From assembly GCA_016618085.1 (NCBI GenBank), contig JABLTG010000106.1, forward strand, positions 1-64,000: a stretch of DNA of 64,000 bases. Direction: 5' to 3'. A model generated the notes under the pieces. That model saw only the letters and a list, made by a program, of their open reading frames with translations, was not told where the DNA came from and did no database searches. How positions within the stretch are numbered: the first letter of the stretch is position 1; the number at the start of each line of letters is the position of its first letter. Of this stretch, positions 53,793 to 64,000 are shown piece after piece. Both the position numbers and the translations under genes were made by a program. Source of the DNA: Neovahlkampfia damariscottae (taxonomy: Eukaryota).

Positions 53793-55481
53793 TTATATGA
53801 TTTGAAATGAAATATCATGCAATTTTGACAATGTAGGAACATTAATTTGATGTGATTTGTTCAAATTTAAGTCAAATATGGAATTGAATTCATATTGAAT
53901 GTATAATTCAAAATCTTCACTGCTCTTCAATGGGTATCGAAAAATGAACAATGAAATGGTTCCATATTTCCCCATGAATTCAATGAAGCCTTTTTCAAAG
54001 TGTATTGTAGCCTGAAACACTTCAAATTGTTTGTTCAGTTTTTTCTTTAAACTTTTAGGATCTTTCCTTTTCATACTCACATTTTCTATTAAATTCATAA
54101 GACTGAAATCCTCAATATTATATCTCCCAGTTCTGACGGACAAGAATTTAGTCTCACTGTGGGTTATCAAGTATTCATCATCATAGCGAAAAATAGAAGT
54201 CCCATTGGATTCTTTAAAAATTAACAATAGTTTTCTCTTGGGTGGAATGATTGTCATAATTAAATCTTCTTTAATTTCTACAATAACCTTTTCTATTTTG
54301 GATAATTCAATTTTTTGATTTTGAAATGTGGTTTTGAATTCAAATCTGGTTTGTGATGTTCTCAGATAATGTGGAATTAAATGAGATAGAAATTCTTCCT
54401 TTTCAAATAAATTTCCATTTAAAAAAGTTAATGATGGATATTCAATGAATGAATCAAGTCCAATGTCGTAATCCCTTCCAGGCCATATTTTCAATTTTCC
54501 TTCCTTCTCAATGAATGTTATTCTTGATGGAAAATTGATATCTTTCAAAGAGAATTCATTTTTGTCATGATAAATTGAAAAATAAAACGTTGAAAATTCA
54601 GTTTCTTTAAAAGAAAAGAAGAGATTTTTTGACAAATGATTTGACCTAAAATGTTGAAATTCAAGATGTTTCTCACAAAGATCAAATGTAATACAACCTG
54701 CAATAAATATGTTCTTATTAAAATCTAAAATCATTGGACACTTAAAATCAAGAATCTTTGAAACTGCTTTAATTGAGTTGGTGTAAAATTTTTCATTTTT
54801 GAGTTCAGTCAAATTTCCAATTATTTGAGTTTCAAATTCATCTATTTTCAATAAGATAATAACATTAATATCCTCTAAACATTTTTTTTTTGAATTATTT
54901 TCAAAATATCTATCAACTATTCTGTCCCAAGGTTTTGGAAGTTCAAGTAGTTCTTCTTCCAAAAACTTGCTTCCAAAATATTTTAACTTTAAATTACATT
55001 TTTTATCTTTATTTAAAGTCGTTTCCCAGAAATCTGAATCTTCAAAGATCACCTCTAATTTGTAAAACTTGTCTTGATCCAAAATATTGAATTCTTTGAT
55101 ATTCAATGTTTTCAAATAATCAACAGAGATGTGTCTCATAAATTTTTGGAATTTTTTTGTTTTAATTCTAGTTAAGAATTCCAAAAAATTTAAATTCTTT
55201 GGTAAAAATCGATAAAGAGTTGGTGGAAAGAGAGAATAATATTCTTCTTCAGTTGCTGGTATTTTTTGAGATATTTTTTCATGAAAATCAAATCCTTGGA
55301 ATAAATCTTCTACCACTTTCATTTTAGTATTTTGTCCCATTCTTTCTGAAAGTAATTGATTCGTTCTTACAAGTTGATTGGATAAGAAACCAGAATTTCT
55401 TGCAGAGTTGAAGTGATGAAATTCAATGTAAATTGTGTTCATTTCTATTGAACCATCATCACTCTTCTGTAAGAATTTCAC
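53793..55481 (-). CDS. Hypothetical protein (~560 aa, intronless)
   Basis: Long ORF; no motif recognised. Confidence 0.55.
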   Translation of the reverse strand: MKFLQKSDDGSIEMNTIYIEFHHFNSARNSGFLSNQLVRTNQLLSERMGQNTKMKVVEDLFQGFDFHEKISQKIPATEEEYYSLFPPTLYRFLPKNLNFLEFLTRIKTKKFQKFMRHISVDYLKTLNIKEFNILDQDKFYKLEVIFEDSDFWETTLNKDKKCNLKLKYFGSKFLEEELLELPKPWDRIVDRYFENNSKKKCLEDINVIILLKIDEFETQIIGNLTELKNEKFYTNSIKAVSKILDFKCPMILDFNKNIFIAGCITFDLCEKHLEFQHFRSNHLSKNLFFSFKETEFSTFYFSIYHDKNEFSLKDINFPSRITFIEKEGKLKIWPGRDYDIGLDSFIEYPSLTFLNGNLFEKEEFLSHLIPHYLRTSQTRFEFKTTFQNQKIELSKIEKVIVEIKEDLIMTIIPPKRKLLLIFKESNGTSIFRYDDEYLITHSETKFLSVRTGRYNIEDFSLMNLIENVSMKRKDPKSLKKKLNKQFEVFQATIHFEKGFIEFMGKYGTISLFIFRYPLKSSEDFELYIQYEFNSIFDLNLNKSHQINVPTLSKLHDISFQII

Positions 55482-55554
55482 TTCTGTTGTTTCCTGTCAT
55501 TCTCATTTTTTCAAACTGAATTATATTTTCGTGGAATTTTGTGATTGGACAATA

Positions 55555-56807
55555 ATGAATTCCAGACCCATCTACCAAAGTGAACATCTTTTGTCAGACG
55601 AAGAAATACTGAAACTTGGAATTGAAAAAAAAAATGTCGAACAGTACAGAAGAAAACATTACAACGTAAACTAAAAGAACCAGTTCTAAATTCAAATAAC
55701 GATTTAGGAATCTTTCACAATAAACAGTTGGTATGAAAAATTAAAAGAAAATACTTTTTTATCTATAGAGATGAAATTATCATTTAAAAATGCTAAAAAC
55801 ATCATAAAACATCACAACTCTTACATCAATTCTGGTTATAAAATTATTGAAAAGTTTGAAGAAGATTTTGAAGATCTTCTGGTCGAAATAAACAAGATAA
55901 TAAAAACATTTCAGAATGGTATATTCATAAAGCTTAATACAAGAAGTCCAAAAGATGTACCTCAATTTGAAGTGGAGTCAGAAAAATCACAAAGTAATTA
56001 TTTGAATAAATTAACAATCAAGAAATCATTGATGAAGAATTGAACAAAAGAAAAGCATTAATGAAAGATGGTAAATTAGATTTAAATGCTATTAGTCATG
56101 CAATTATCATTGCAACGAATAAAATGATGAAAGTTGAAACAGGGAAAGATGCTTTGGAATTATTAATCAAAAGTAATAGAGTTTTTCAAGATTTAAGTAA
56201 AAGTATATCATTTGGTGAAGATTTTTATCAGTCAAAGCTTATTTTACGTGAATGGGTTGATGAAGTTGTGAATCATCCCGAAATGGAATTTCGTTGTTTT
56301 GTTCATGAAAAGCAGTTAAATGCAATCACTCAATATTTTCATGATACTTTCTTTGAAGAATTATTCGAAAAAGATGTTCAAAAAACAACTCAAAAAAGAT
56401 TGGTTGATTTTTTCCACTCAAAAATTGAAAAATTTATTTCTCAGTCATCATATGTCATTGACTTTTTTATTGGAAAAGAGAAGATCTATTTGATTGAAAT
56501 AAATCCATTTCATTCAGGGGCAGGCTCAGGACTGTTTTCTTGGAGCCATGATCGAAATGTGCTGTTCAAAGGACCATTGGAATTCAGATTCAACCAAACA
56601 AAGAAAAAAGGTGATTTTTCAACAATTCAAATGGAAAAATTTCTAATCAAAAAATATGGTTTTTTTGATGAAATTGAAGGTCATGAAAAATACAAAAAAG
56701 AGTTGAAGGAAAAAAAGTCAGCCATTGGATACAATTCATTTTTATTTTCAATATTTATTGTTGCATTGACTATTGCTTTTTATTACTACAAAAAGTTGAA
56801 TTCATAA
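55555..56807 (+). CDS. CDC123/D123-like ATP-grasp protein with C-terminal TM (introns)
   Basis: FIKLNTRSPKD, LILREW, EFRCFV, AITQY and LIEINPF. Confidence 0.8.
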
Positions 56808-56933
56808 ACTTTTATTTCATCAGAATTTGAGATTGAAATTACAATCTATAAATTATTCTAAACCTGAAATAGATTGAAATTTGAGTTCAATAAATAGAAG
56901 TTTCTTTTTGAATTGAAAACTATTTAATTTCAA

Positions 56934-57221
56934 ATGAGTATGTTCGGAAACGATATTGGTGGAAAACAAGATACGATTATCACTCATGACAATGGTAGTT
57001 CATATTATGTCTACTCAACTGTTGAAAATTTGAAGATATTCAATAAAATTCAAGGTTTTCAAGACAACAAGAGTGGTTTAGCATTTTCTCCGATTTTGAG
57101 GGGTGAAATTCATGACAAAATGTCAAAGGAAGGATATAGAAAAGGTGAAACAAATGAGGGTTATCATCAGATTGGATCTACCCTCTTTTATCATCATTAC
57201 CACAGAGTACATAAAATCTAA
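56934..57221 (+). CDS. Small hypothetical protein
   Basis: 95-aa ATG ORF followed by AATAAA. Confidence 0.45.
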   Translation: MSMFGNDIGGKQDTIITHDNGSSYYVYSTVENLKIFNKIQGFQDNKSGLAFSPILRGEIHDKMSKEGYRKGETNEGYHQIGSTLFYHHYHRVHKI

Positions 57222-57447
57222 AAATAAAATCTTTCTTGAGCTTTTATTTTTTTTAAAAATTATTAGATCAAAAAATTTGACCAACGAATTGGAAAAAATG
57301 TTCAAACTTTGGATGGATTTCAAAAAAAAAAGGAAATTTTGGAAAACGGTTGGTCGAAATTTATCCAATACTTTTCATTCAAGTCAAATGCTCAACCTCA
57401 ACAAAACAATAAAAGTTGGTGATTTCCAAGCAGTGAAGTAAATAAAA

Positions 57448-58656
57448 ATGAAACTCATAAATTAGAGATGTTTGTCGTGCAGCTCTTAAATCCTTTGCGT
57501 CTGTCAAAGATGATGATATTAAAGTAACAACGTTGACTGATGGAATAACCAATGTTCGTAAGTGACATTTTTCTTATGGTTCATACTTTTTAGTTTACAA
57601 GGTTAAATTAACTAAACAAAATGAAACAAAAACTGTGAACGTTCGGTTTGAAAAAAAAAAAAAATTTAACACAAAAAAAAAGACTCAACGGTGAAGGAAC
57701 GGAAGAATTTATTGACAGAGAAAAAGAATTAAAAATTCTTCAAGAGACTTCAAATTATGGACAAGGACCTGAGTTGTATGCTACTTTTTTGAATGGAAAT
57801 GTTTATGAATTCATTGAAGGAAAACCTTTGACTTCAGAAGAACTACCAAAATATTATGATAAAATTGCAAAAGCAATGAAGAAATTTCATGATATGGATG
57901 TCAAATGTATTCCTAAAGTTAATGGATTGTTTCCTTTTGCTGATACATTGTACAAACAAGGTTTGAATTTTAACAATTTTTTACAAGATTTATCAGTGCG
58001 TTTGGAAAAAATTGAAGATGAAAAATTCAAAGAAGTATTTTCAAACTTGAAAGAAGAATTTAAATTCATGACCAAAATTGTTGAAAACTATGAAATCGCA
58101 TTTTGTCACAATGATCTTTTAGGTTTGAAATTTTTCTTTTTTTGACAATCATTCTTCTTTAGCTCCAAATATAATTTATAATGAAAAGACAGGTAATTTC
58201 ATACAAATTTATATAAATTTTATTGTTTTAGACGAGATTAAATTCATTGATTTTGAGTATGCTTGTTATTCTCCAAAGTCTTTTGATATTGCAGATCATT
58301 TCTTTGAATACACTGGGTATGATTTGAAAATGAATTTGTATCCAACAAAAGAACATCAAATTAAATTCCTTCAAATGTATCTTGGCACCAATGATGAAAA
58401 TAAAATTGAAGAAATGTTGAATGAAGTCAATGTTGGATTTGCTGTAAGAATATTTCATTTTTTTGAATTTTTAAGTTATGCAATTTATTTTGGGGAATTT
58501 GGGGTATCTTTCAACATCAAAATTCAAAAATTGATTTTGATTTCAATACTTATGGAACTAAGGTAAATAAGAAAATCTTAGAGATTAATTTCAAAATAGA
58601 GAATTGGTCTTTATTTCAACTGGAAAAAAGAACATGTTTCAAAATCCAATTTATGA
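57448..58656 (+). CDS. Choline/ethanolamine kinase (multi-exon)
   Basis: GITN, IDREKE, GPELYATFLNG, FCHNDLL, FIDFEYA and FDIADHFFE. Confidence 0.9.
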
Positions 58657-58677
58657 AAAAAATGATTTTATTCAAGG

Positions 58678-59637
58678 TTATTTTTTTCCTTTTTTTCCTT
58701 TTGCTTCTTCTTTAGCATTCGGTTTTTTGGCCTCTGTTTTTGATTGATTATCTTTTGCGTTTTTTTGTGCAGCTTTCTTTTCTTTCTTTGAAGGATGGAA
58801 GAAATCGTCTTTTGGTTTTACCGTTGTTGTTTGTTCTTTCTTTGGCATTTGTTGAGTTTTGTTGTTGGTTTTAGTTGATGTTTTTGATGTAATTTCTGAG
58901 TTATTTATAGTTAATCTGACAAACCGATCCTTTTTTGGTTGGACAACATTTTTCTTCCAAACCGACGAATTTTAATTGGCCAAAAAATCTCCTGCTTCTC
59001 ATTCAAGAAAAGAGTTGATACCAAAATTTATTTTTATCCTCAATCATTTTTTCAAATTTCTTTTTTTGCTGTCTGATTCAGAAATGATCGGAAAATGAAG
59101 TTCGGTAGTTTTTTCACCTAAATGAACAACTTCCCTCACTTCATATAAATTATCAATGCATGTTAGAAAATATAATTCCTTCACTTCAAATTCAATTTCT
59201 TTCCAATTGGATTGTAATTGTTTGATGAGTTTTTCAACATCAGTATTTTTTGAAACTTCACCCATTGATAAATGAGCAACAAATTTTGAATGTTGAATTT
59301 TTTCTGAGAGTTCTGGAAAGGTATTCAAAATGACTTTATAAATTTTTTCTAATGGTGAAGTGTCTTCAGGTTCTAAATATAAAACATGTTTGTTTTTCAT
59401 GGTAAAGTATTTGAAAGTGGTTAATTTCAAGTTAAAAGGTTGTAATTTTTTGGTTCTTTTTTCTAAAATTTTTTTGCAATCAACTAAATTAGTTTCTTGA
59501 AAAAAAGGACGAACGATTGTAAAATGAGGTCCTGCTTTGTCAGGTGGTGGTAAATATTTCAACCTCACCTCTTGGATTTGATTCCAATATTCAGGTGCTG
59601 GTCTTACTGCTACAAAACTGCCGAAATGTGACTTCAT
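58678..59637 (-). CDS. 2H phosphoesterase (2'-5' RNA ligase-like) protein with basic tail
   Basis: Two HxT/S motifs: PHFT and AHLS. Confidence 0.75.
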
Positions 59638-59667
59638 TTTTAACCTGGTCAGTTCAAAATTATCCAA

Positions 59668-60342
59668 TTAAATAGGATGTGTATTCAATTTTGAATTTGA
59701 ATACGAAAAATTTTTATTGTGTTTTACAACTAGAAGAGCTCTTTCTTTTATAGTTTTGAAGAAATTTAACTTGTTTTAAATTAATAGCTCCTTTTCTTTT
59801 TTTTCGTATCAAAGTAATTGCATCCTCAGGTGATAAATTCTTGTCACGTTCTAATAACGCTATTGCAACCTTAAATGTGAAAACTCAATTAAAAAGTACC
59901 ATCACTGGAGCTCCTTTTAAAAAGTTAAATATTTTTTTCTGTTACTTCCTAAACCTGCCACACAATGAATAGCCATAGTAGTTTCAGCTTTAGAATCTCT
60001 TGGAAACACCTTATCTATTAATTTCAACCATTGATCAATAATATTTTTTGGAGGTGCGGAACCATCGTCGTAAGGCAAATCCTGTTAAAAGATTTAAAAA
60101 AATTTACATTTAAAAATGTACAACAACTGTGATTTCATTTTTTTCAAAAAGTTTTTTATCATATTCTGATGAACAAACTCTTACTAAATGACTCACATTA
60201 TTTTTTTGAAAAAGACTTAAATAGGTTTTCAAATTTGAATTAGTTGGAAGATCATGAATTAAAAATGATAAACCCTTATCAAACTAAGTTATGTTTTTTT
60301 TTTTACATTGTATTCAATTAAACTTGGTTGATTTGATAACAT
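59668..60342 (-). CDS. PRL/PTP4A-type protein tyrosine phosphatase (multi-exon)
   Basis: FLIHDLPT, LVRVC, DDGSAPP, AIHCVAGLG and GAIN..QVKFL. Confidence 0.85.
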
Positions 60343-60496
60343 TGTATCTCTTCAGTCAACAAGTTCTCTTCAACAAATTCTTCTGTTGACAGTTGGTAAG
60401 TTACAATTATCCAATCAAAATCTCTAGATTCAATTAGAGTGATTTTGCAATAAATTCTTTAAAAAAATCATCGAAATACTTTTGCTCTGATTTGGA

Positions 60497-62851
60497 ATGT
60501 TTTCAACCAAAAAAGCTTCTAATGATTTGATGGAATCGAACGTCTAACTATTTTCATTGGTTGGAAATTTTTGGTTGACTCAATTCCGTTACTTGCAGGT
60601 GATGAAGAAAATTCTTTCGTTTAATCTGACCAAGGAATCTTTAAAGAAAGATAAAGAAAAATATACATTTCAAATAACTTTCAACGAAATTACAGGGCTA
60701 CCTAAACTTGCAAACAAACCTTTGTTTATTGCTTATAAACAAACTAAAACAAAGAAAATTGAAACACCAAGAGTTGATACTGAAAATGGAACTGCAAAAT
60801 GGAATTATGATTTAGTTTTCAAATCTTCTTTGAAAGGAAAAGATTTAAAAGGAAATCAGAAAAAAAAAAACTTATCCTTTGTCATCTATGAAGTAATAAA
60901 AAATTGAGCACTAATTATATATCAAATAGCAAGTTACCAAAGGCACAAAAAACATGATTAAAGCAAATTCAAAAATTGGTGTCTTAAATTTGAATTTGGC
61001 TGATTTTGTCTCAAAGGAGTGCAAAGGAAACTCTTTTGACAAAGAATATGATATATTATGTTGGAAGAAATATACATGTAAACTGAAGGTACATTCTTTC
61101 TTTTATTTGACCAAGTTTTATTTAAGGTCAAAATTGCTTCTTACAGAGGTGACCCACCAAAAGACGTTGTAGCAAACTCACAAAGTTCACTTGATTTATC
61201 CTCTTCCACAACAGGTTTAACACCTTTAAACACAGGAGAAGATGCTACAGAGTTTGGAGATTTAGATGCAGACGAAGAAGATGATGATTGTGTTGATGAA
61301 GAAGAAGATGAAGAAATTTCAATGAATGATGATAGAATTCAATTTCCAAATTTGAATTTAAATAATACTGATGTTATTATTTGTTCAGTTTCAAGTAGTC
61401 CTCGTAAACTACCTCCAAAGGTATTATGAAAAAAAAAAATGTTTTTGACAATTTCTTAGAAAGCTACAGGTATGTTGGGATGGGAAGCATTAATTTCCAA
61501 GACTTCAGCTACGACAACAAAAAGTAATCCAACTCTATCAACCATCAGAGCTCCAGAAAAAAGAGCTTCTTTTAAAAAGAAAAGAAACACTGTCAAGTTG
61601 ACCTCTGTAGACTTAAATTTAGAAGTAAGTCAGTTTTTTAATTAAAAAAAAAAGGAAAAAATGTATAAATTAGAACAATTAAAACAAGAACAAAATGAAA
61701 GAGATATTATAGAAAGTACCATCACTTTAAATGAACCAGAGTTTGCAAGAGGAATTCCTATATCCGCTGTAACGTTATTTAGATCTTTAGTATCTTGGGA
61801 TTGCTTTCAATTGAATCATCAAAATTTTCCAAACAAAATTATAAAGACACTAAAAATTACTTTAAAAAAAAATAAAAGTAAAATGGAACCACTTAGTTAC
61901 TGGATGGGAAATTTATGTACTTTATTAAATTTGATAAGACTAGAGTATCCATTGACCTTTGATGAAGAAAAATCAAAAACTCAAAGTCAGAACAAAAAAA
62001 CATCTTCTGTGACTCAATTTGCTAGAATAATTGAAGATGATGAAAATTTTGGTGAATTTAAATTGAAATTGACAAAAAATGAAGAAGATGAAAATGTTTC
62101 AATTATGGATGAAACTCCATTGATGCAATTCAAATCAGAATTGGAAAAACTACTTGGAATTACCTATGGATTCCTTTTGAGTCTAATTTATAAAGAATTA
62201 GATGAATTACTAATACCATGTACATTTCTTGAAGAGTTATCAACTGGTAAAAATGGTTCTCCATTTGTTATTTTAAAGATATTCAATGATTTTTTAAAGA
62301 CTTTTCAATCAAATGGTGTTTTCAATGAAATATCAGAACAATTTTTTGGACAAGTATTTTATTTTATTAATGGTCATTTATTGAATATTTTATTGACTCA
62401 TAGAAAATATTGCTCAATGAAGGCATCTGTAAATTTAAAAATGATGACATCTGATTTGTCAAATTGGGCGGATGAAAATAATTTTTTGAAATGTAAAAAG
62501 AATTTCAATAATTTAAGAGATATTTCAAATATTTTAATGGTTGATAAATCTGAATTAGTTGATGAATCTGTTAGAAAACAAGTTTGTCCTTCTCTTCAAA
62601 TTTGTCAAATTTTGAATATTCTTTGTTTCTATCATGCTGATGAATTTGATCCTGTTGGTGAAGTCTCATTATTTATCATTCAAAAATTGAATGATTTATG
62701 CGTTGGTGAAAAAGAAATAATTTATGATGAATTCATAATTGACAAACCATATTTGACCACTTTGATTGAAATGCCATCTTGGAAATATCTGGATTTACCA
62801 AAAGGATTGAATAAGGGATTCAGTTTTTTGAAAGAAAAAGATCAAGAATAA
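60497..62851 (+). CDS. NT-C2 domain + dilute (DIL) domain protein
   Basis: GTAKWN and IGVLNLNLADF; YWMGN, QFFGQVFYFING.LLN.LL and VCPSL...QILNIL. Confidence 0.8.
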
Positions 62852-62858
62852 AATGTTT

Positions 62859-63293
62859 TTAATTTGGTTCATCAAACGGTTTTTTTGACACCATTGCTTT
62901 GTAATTACCAAAATAATCATTACAACGGTTTGGGTGGTGGATCCATTTTTTGAATACTTCTCCTTTGCATTGTTTTCCATTGAAATAGATTATTTCAGCA
63001 TAATTCTTATCATTGTTCCATTTGAAGTAAACAGATTGTGGGTTCTTAAAGTACAATTCCAAATAACTTTTAGTTGATCTTAAATGATTGATATGGTCCA
63101 ATTGTCCCTGTTGTAAATCAACACATCCTTCAGTTTTTATAAATGTTGATCCAATCACATGAACAGGACATCCAACACCTATTTTTGCATAAAAACCAGT
63201 TTCAGAGATTTGTGGTTTATTATTGTCACAAGTATCTTGACGAGACATCTGTTTTTGGGTGACACATCTCAAAAGTGGACGTGAACCAGTCAA
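62859..63293 (-). CDS. Cys-rich hypothetical protein (5' end unresolved)
   Basis: ORF track; likely additional upstream exon. Confidence 0.4.
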   Translation of the reverse strand: MTGSRPLLRCVTQKQMSRQDTCDNNKPQISETGFYAKIGVGCPVHVIGSTFIKTEGCVDLQQGQLDHINHLRSTKSYLELYFKNPQSVYFKWNNDKNYAEIIYFNGKQCKGEVFKKWIHHPNRCNDYFGNYKAMVSKKPFDEPN

Positions 63294-63674
63294 TGAACAA
63301 CTTTCACATTTTGAGTCAGTACAACTAAATTGAATGATATGAGTTGTATTACAAGTGAATCTGAGATGATTATTTCCAAAGTTGTGACAGACATTTGGAG
63401 AAAACTAAAACTTAAAAATAAAACAAAACTAGTACATAAATGCCAGTGAAATATGGTTCTATACATTGTGCTCTATAGTACACTTTTTCTATTGGGTATT
63501 GACTGAATACAAATTCAAGTAAAACTACAACAATCACCAAAGAAAATAACTTCATTTGATTTGCCAATGAAATTCGAGATTTATCAATTTTGATGTAAAA
63601 ACAATATTAACATTTTCTTTTTGCATTTTATTTCCTTTGATTTCTGCTGGATCAAGTTTTTTTGTCCAATAAAA

Positions 63675-64000
63675 ATGATCACAAAAAAAGTCCACAACAA
63701 CAAGAACGAAGAAGAAAAAAAATTTAAATTAAAAATCTTCACTGAAGACAATTTACAAGATTTAATTTCTAAAGGATGGAATGTTGAATTGATGATACAA
63801 GGAAAAATGAAAACACTAACCTCCAAATCATTTTTCGTGGAAGTATCTAATTTTACGACCATTAAAGAATTAAAATGTATCATAGAGGATCAAGAAGGAT
63901 ATAATAGAAACCATATGTACATCAAAAAGAGAACAAAATATTTAGATGACGATAAAACCTTATATGATTATTTTGTAACAGAAGATGATTGTTTATTGCT
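63675..64000 (+). CDS. Ubiquitin-like domain protein, 3' partial
   Basis: KTLTSKSFFVEV...TIKELKCIIEDQEG...LDDDKTLYDY. Confidence 0.75.
   Translation, partial: MITKKVHNNKNEEEKKFKLKIFTEDNLQDLISKGWNVELMIQGKMKTLTSKSFFVEVSNFTTIKELKCIIEDQEGYNRNHMYIKKRTKYLDDDKTLYDYFVTEDDCLL

Noticed and set aside
1..64000. Assignment of the host species, or an alternative genetic code
   Set aside because: The species cannot be determined without a search; long ORFs translate cleanly with the standard code.

Overview
AT-rich eukaryotic (protist-like) genomic DNA with very short GT-AG introns. Host genes occupy about 1-11.8 kb and 45-64 kb. Between them is a two-layer nested viral insertion. The OUTER element (11843-44972) has imperfect TIRs starting AAGTAAGTAGGTGG and a 6-bp target-site duplication (TSD) GTGGTG. 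It sits in a decayed trypsin-like gene, is about 8.3 kb once the inner element is removed, and looks like an internally deleted, non-autonomous relative of the inner element. The INNER element (19048-43842, 24,795 bp) has AGCAGC...GCTGCT ends and a 6-bp TSD AATATC, and it splits an ankyrin gene of the outer element in frame. It is an almost intact endogenous virophage: Sputnik-like major capsid, penton, A32-like packaging ATPase, frameshifted cysteine protease, rve integrase, a PolB-SF1 helicase-HNH fusion, two GIY-YIG nucleases, a fibre-like protein, and F-box, BTB and zinc-finger genes. Its most unusual non-coding features are (i) a 92-bp branched hairpin at each terminus with end-specific compensatory changes, (ii) ten intergenic palindromic modules with a fixed 78-80 bp TCCG-to-CGGA span, and (iii) a densely base-paired ORF-free region behind a late-promoter-like motif. 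A third decayed virophage-like remnant and a bacterial-type Rpn nuclease pseudogene lie at 0.5-2.3 kb. All family assignments come from motif recognition by eye; no database searches were run, and host exon boundaries are approximate.
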